From: Octopus sinensis
Lineage: Eukaryota
Direction: 5' to 3'
DNA length: 64,000 nucleotides
Assembly (NCBI RefSeq): GCF_006345805.1
Contig: NC_043019.1
Coordinates: 4,897,360-4,961,359 of the forward strand
Under the pieces are notes generated by a model, which was not told the origin of the DNA, made no database searches, and saw only the letters and a list, made by a program, of their open reading frames with translations. This document shows positions 60,996 to 64,000 of the stretch, one piece after another. How positions within the stretch are numbered: position 1 is the stretch's first letter; every line of letters starts with the position of its first letter. The position numbers and the translations under genes were made by a program.

Positions 60996-63900
60996 CTTTA
61001 TTTTTCTTCTTTCAAATTTGCTTTCATTTCTTGCCGAGTGTCTTCCCAACTCCTAGGGCAAAGAAACTCATAGTATACATTGGTAGGCCATTAAACCAAA
61101 CTCAATAGTTCGTTCATTTTTTTTTTTTTAAGTTATATTAAAATACATGAGCAGCAACAGTTCTCACATCGACAATGCTCTTCTCAATACGTGTGATGTA
61201 CCAGTTAAGACAATCTTTTTCACTTCTTGCAGGGATGGTAAGCCAGGGATCATTCTCATATAATTTTCGGTTCCCTTCTTGATCATTCCTAGTGCTCCTA
61301 CGATCACTGGTATTGTAACCGCTTTGAGATGCCACATTTTCTCAATTTCAATGAGTAGGTCTTTATATTTTCTGAGCTTGTCAAACTCTTTCGCTGAGAT
61401 ATTATGATCACAGGGGATGCTCATGTCGATCAATAAGCAAACTTTATTGTTTTGGTCTTTCACAACAATATCTGGTTTATTGGCCTTGATGGTTCGGTCT
61501 GTATGTACTGGAAAGTCCCACAGAATGGTTACATTTTCTCCTTCAGTTACAGCCTCAGGGTGGTGATCATACCACTTGTCGGCAGTTTTGATATTGTAAT
61601 GCCGACTTATGAGCCAGTGGAGATATTGGCCAACTCTGTCATGTCTTAATTTATACTCCACTGGTGCTAAGACTTTACATCCAGAGATTAGGTGGTCCAC
61701 TGTTTCAATCATGTCGTTGCAGAATCGGCATTTTGGGTCTGCTCCATTTTTCATCACATTGGCCTGGTAGTTCCGGGTTAATAGGCTTTGATCTTGAGCA
61801 GCCAGGATGAAACCTTCGCTCTCTGCTTTTAGCCCTGAGCTCCGTAGCCACTGATGGTTAACATCAGCTTGTTTGCTGCGGGCCACATATTTGCCGTGCA
61901 GAGGTTTCTCCTCCCACCTATCAGCCAATTGCTCGTGCGCTTTTTTTGTTGCCATTATTTTCACCTTCTTTGCAACAATAGTTGCCGTACTTCCCTCGGG
62001 TTGTTCAGTTTGGGTATCCTGCACGAGATCAATAGCAAATTTTTTGCTTTCCTTTATGATAGAATGAAGCTTCTTTCGTCTCTCGTGATTTTCCACGAGC
62101 TTTAGCATCCAGTCATTCGTTATATCGAGATATTTGGCCAGTCCAATTGTAGTTGTTTTGTAAGCTAGTTCAAATTGGATCAGGCCTCGACCTCCTTGGG
62201 CTCTGGGAAGGTAAAGGCGATCTACGTCTGCCTTTGGGTGGTGCATCCTATTACAACTCAGCAGCTTGCGTATTTTCCTATCTATATTCTTTACTTCACT
62301 CATGTTCCAGTTCAACACATTGTAGCTATAAGTAACAACTGGAACTGCTAAGGAATTTATAGCTAACACCTTGTTACGTGCATTAAGTTCAGATTTCAGG
62401 ACTTCACGAACTCTCCTATAACATTCCTTCCTGATCTTCTCTTTCATGCTTGCATGCTGAATACCAGAGCCTTCATTTATCCCTAACTATTTGTATGTTT
62501 GTTCTTGCTCAAGCTCTCTTATGACTGTGTCAACATCTAACACGACTGAATTTGTGGTCTTCACTTTCCCTTTCTGGAAAGTGGCCTTGGCACACTTCTC
62601 AAGTCCAAACTCCATCCCGATGTCATCGCTGAATGCTTTCACAGTGCGCAATAGGCCTTCAAGTTCATTATTGTCTTTACCATAAAGTTTTAAGTCATCC
62701 ATATAAAATAGATGGCTTATTTTTTTATTGGCAATTTTATACCCATACCCTGTTCTGTTTAATTCACTTGTAAGGGGTATTAGGGCTATGCAGAATATTA
62801 AAGGTGAAAGTGAGTCACCTTGAAAAATTCCACAGTTGATGTTTATATTTTCTGAGGCAAGTACTCCATTAGAGTGGTATAATTGGAGATTCGTATTCCA
62901 CAACAACATATTGTGCTTCAGGAAGTTTGAAATCACGGGGGAAATTTTGAAGATGTCCAGCGATTTCAAGATCCATGGATGCGGTATACTGTCGAAGGCC
63001 TTTTTATAGTCAATCCATGCGGAGCTGAGATTTCTGCGCTTGTTGTGACAGTTCTCAAGGATCATACGATTAATTAGCAGTTGATCTTTGCATCCGTAAG
63101 AGCCTCGGCGGCACCCTTTTTGTTCAATGGGGAAAATATCGTTCTTCTCCATGAATGCATATGTTTTCTCCGCCAGGATAGATGTTATACATGGTGGATA
63201 GACAGGTTATAGGCCGATAGTTTTTTGGAAGGTTAGTTTCGTTATTCTTTGGGAGTAGGTAAGTAATACCACTTGCTAACCATTCAGGTGTTTTCTTTGG
63301 GTCTCTCATAATTCCATTGAGCAGCTGAACTAGCTTACCGTGTGCGCATGGGAGCGATGCGAGCCAGAAATTCGGCACCCTATCTTTACCGGGGGATTTC
63401 CAATTATGGGCCTTCGTGCGTGCCTTTCTTAGGTCTGCTATTGTGATGTCTTCCCATGCTTGTTGTTGTAAATTTTGGTAGGATCCTTCAGTTTGTATAA
63501 TCCAGTCTGCATTTATGTTGTACGTCTTCTTGTCACTCCAAATCCTTCTCCAAAAGTTTTGAACTTCTTCCATGGGAGGGCGGTCTTTAACGGTTACTTT
63601 CTCCTTCCCTATTTCTCTGTAGAATTTTTTGGCATTGGATGTGAACAGCTTATTTTGCTTGTAAAACTTGTTTCTCTTCTCAAATCTTCGTATTCTTTGG
63701 GCTTTTGCTTGGACTTTTTGTTTCAGCGTTTCTTTTATTGATATCAGTTCTTCTCTTGGTGAGGATCCAAATTTTCTCTTCATCTTTCTTCCTGTTCTGG
63801 ATCTTACATCATTTCCACATATTAGTTCATTTAATATTGATATTTCCCCTCTCATAAATTCAATCTCTTTTTCAATTTTACTTCTCCAGGTTTGATTTCT

Positions 63901-64000
63901 TCCCAGGTTTGGTTTTCTTTGTTTCTTCGGGGGCATACAGCTGGTTTCAATTGCCCTAGCAGAAGCGTAAATAATTTCATTTAACTCAGTAAAATCAGGT
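60996..64000 (-). mobile_element. R4/Dong-clade non-LTR retrotransposon (RT + CCHC finger + restriction-like endonuclease), disabled; runs off the window
   Basis: ORF pieces 63124-63936, 62487-63152, 61164-62447 contain RT motifs (YRPITCL, GIFQGDSLSP, YMDD), CRFC...HLISGC and the RLE motif KPDIVV...IDMSIP. One frameshift near 63170 and one in-frame TAG at 62487. The 3' end abuts a (TAA)n tract. Confidence 0.93.

Overview
AT-rich, repeat-dense eukaryotic genomic DNA. The repeat families (tRNA-derived SINEs with CORE-like and Deu/Nin-like bodies, R4/Dong, CR1 and RTE LINEs) suggest an octopus-type cephalopod; this is an inference. The main gene is VPS11 (HOPS/CORVET core subunit) on the + strand. 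I traced 17 GT-AG-bounded coding exons from the ATG at 19096 to 59792 (1794 nt, 598 codons, reading frame continuous across all junctions); the gene continues beyond the window. The window opens in the last exon of a probable sulfotransferase-family gene (to 596). Everything else is largely transposon-derived: dozens of SINEs, Merlin-like, piggyBac-like and hAT MITEs, non-autonomous Helitrons, a rearranged deleted mariner, CR1/RTE 3' ends and a disabled R4/Dong LINE at the right edge. Most long ORFs in the supplied track are SINE or tandem-repeat artefacts. Main leads: a back-to-back cluster of three long, near-perfect palindromes in intron 6, one of which behaves as a TSD-flanked mobile unit; a minimal Penelope-type hammerhead ribozyme set in a long stem at 32069-32113; and several rearrangement signatures (permuted SINE, fold-back mariner, higher-order CR1 3'-end array, two Dong subfamilies stacked at one TAA tract).
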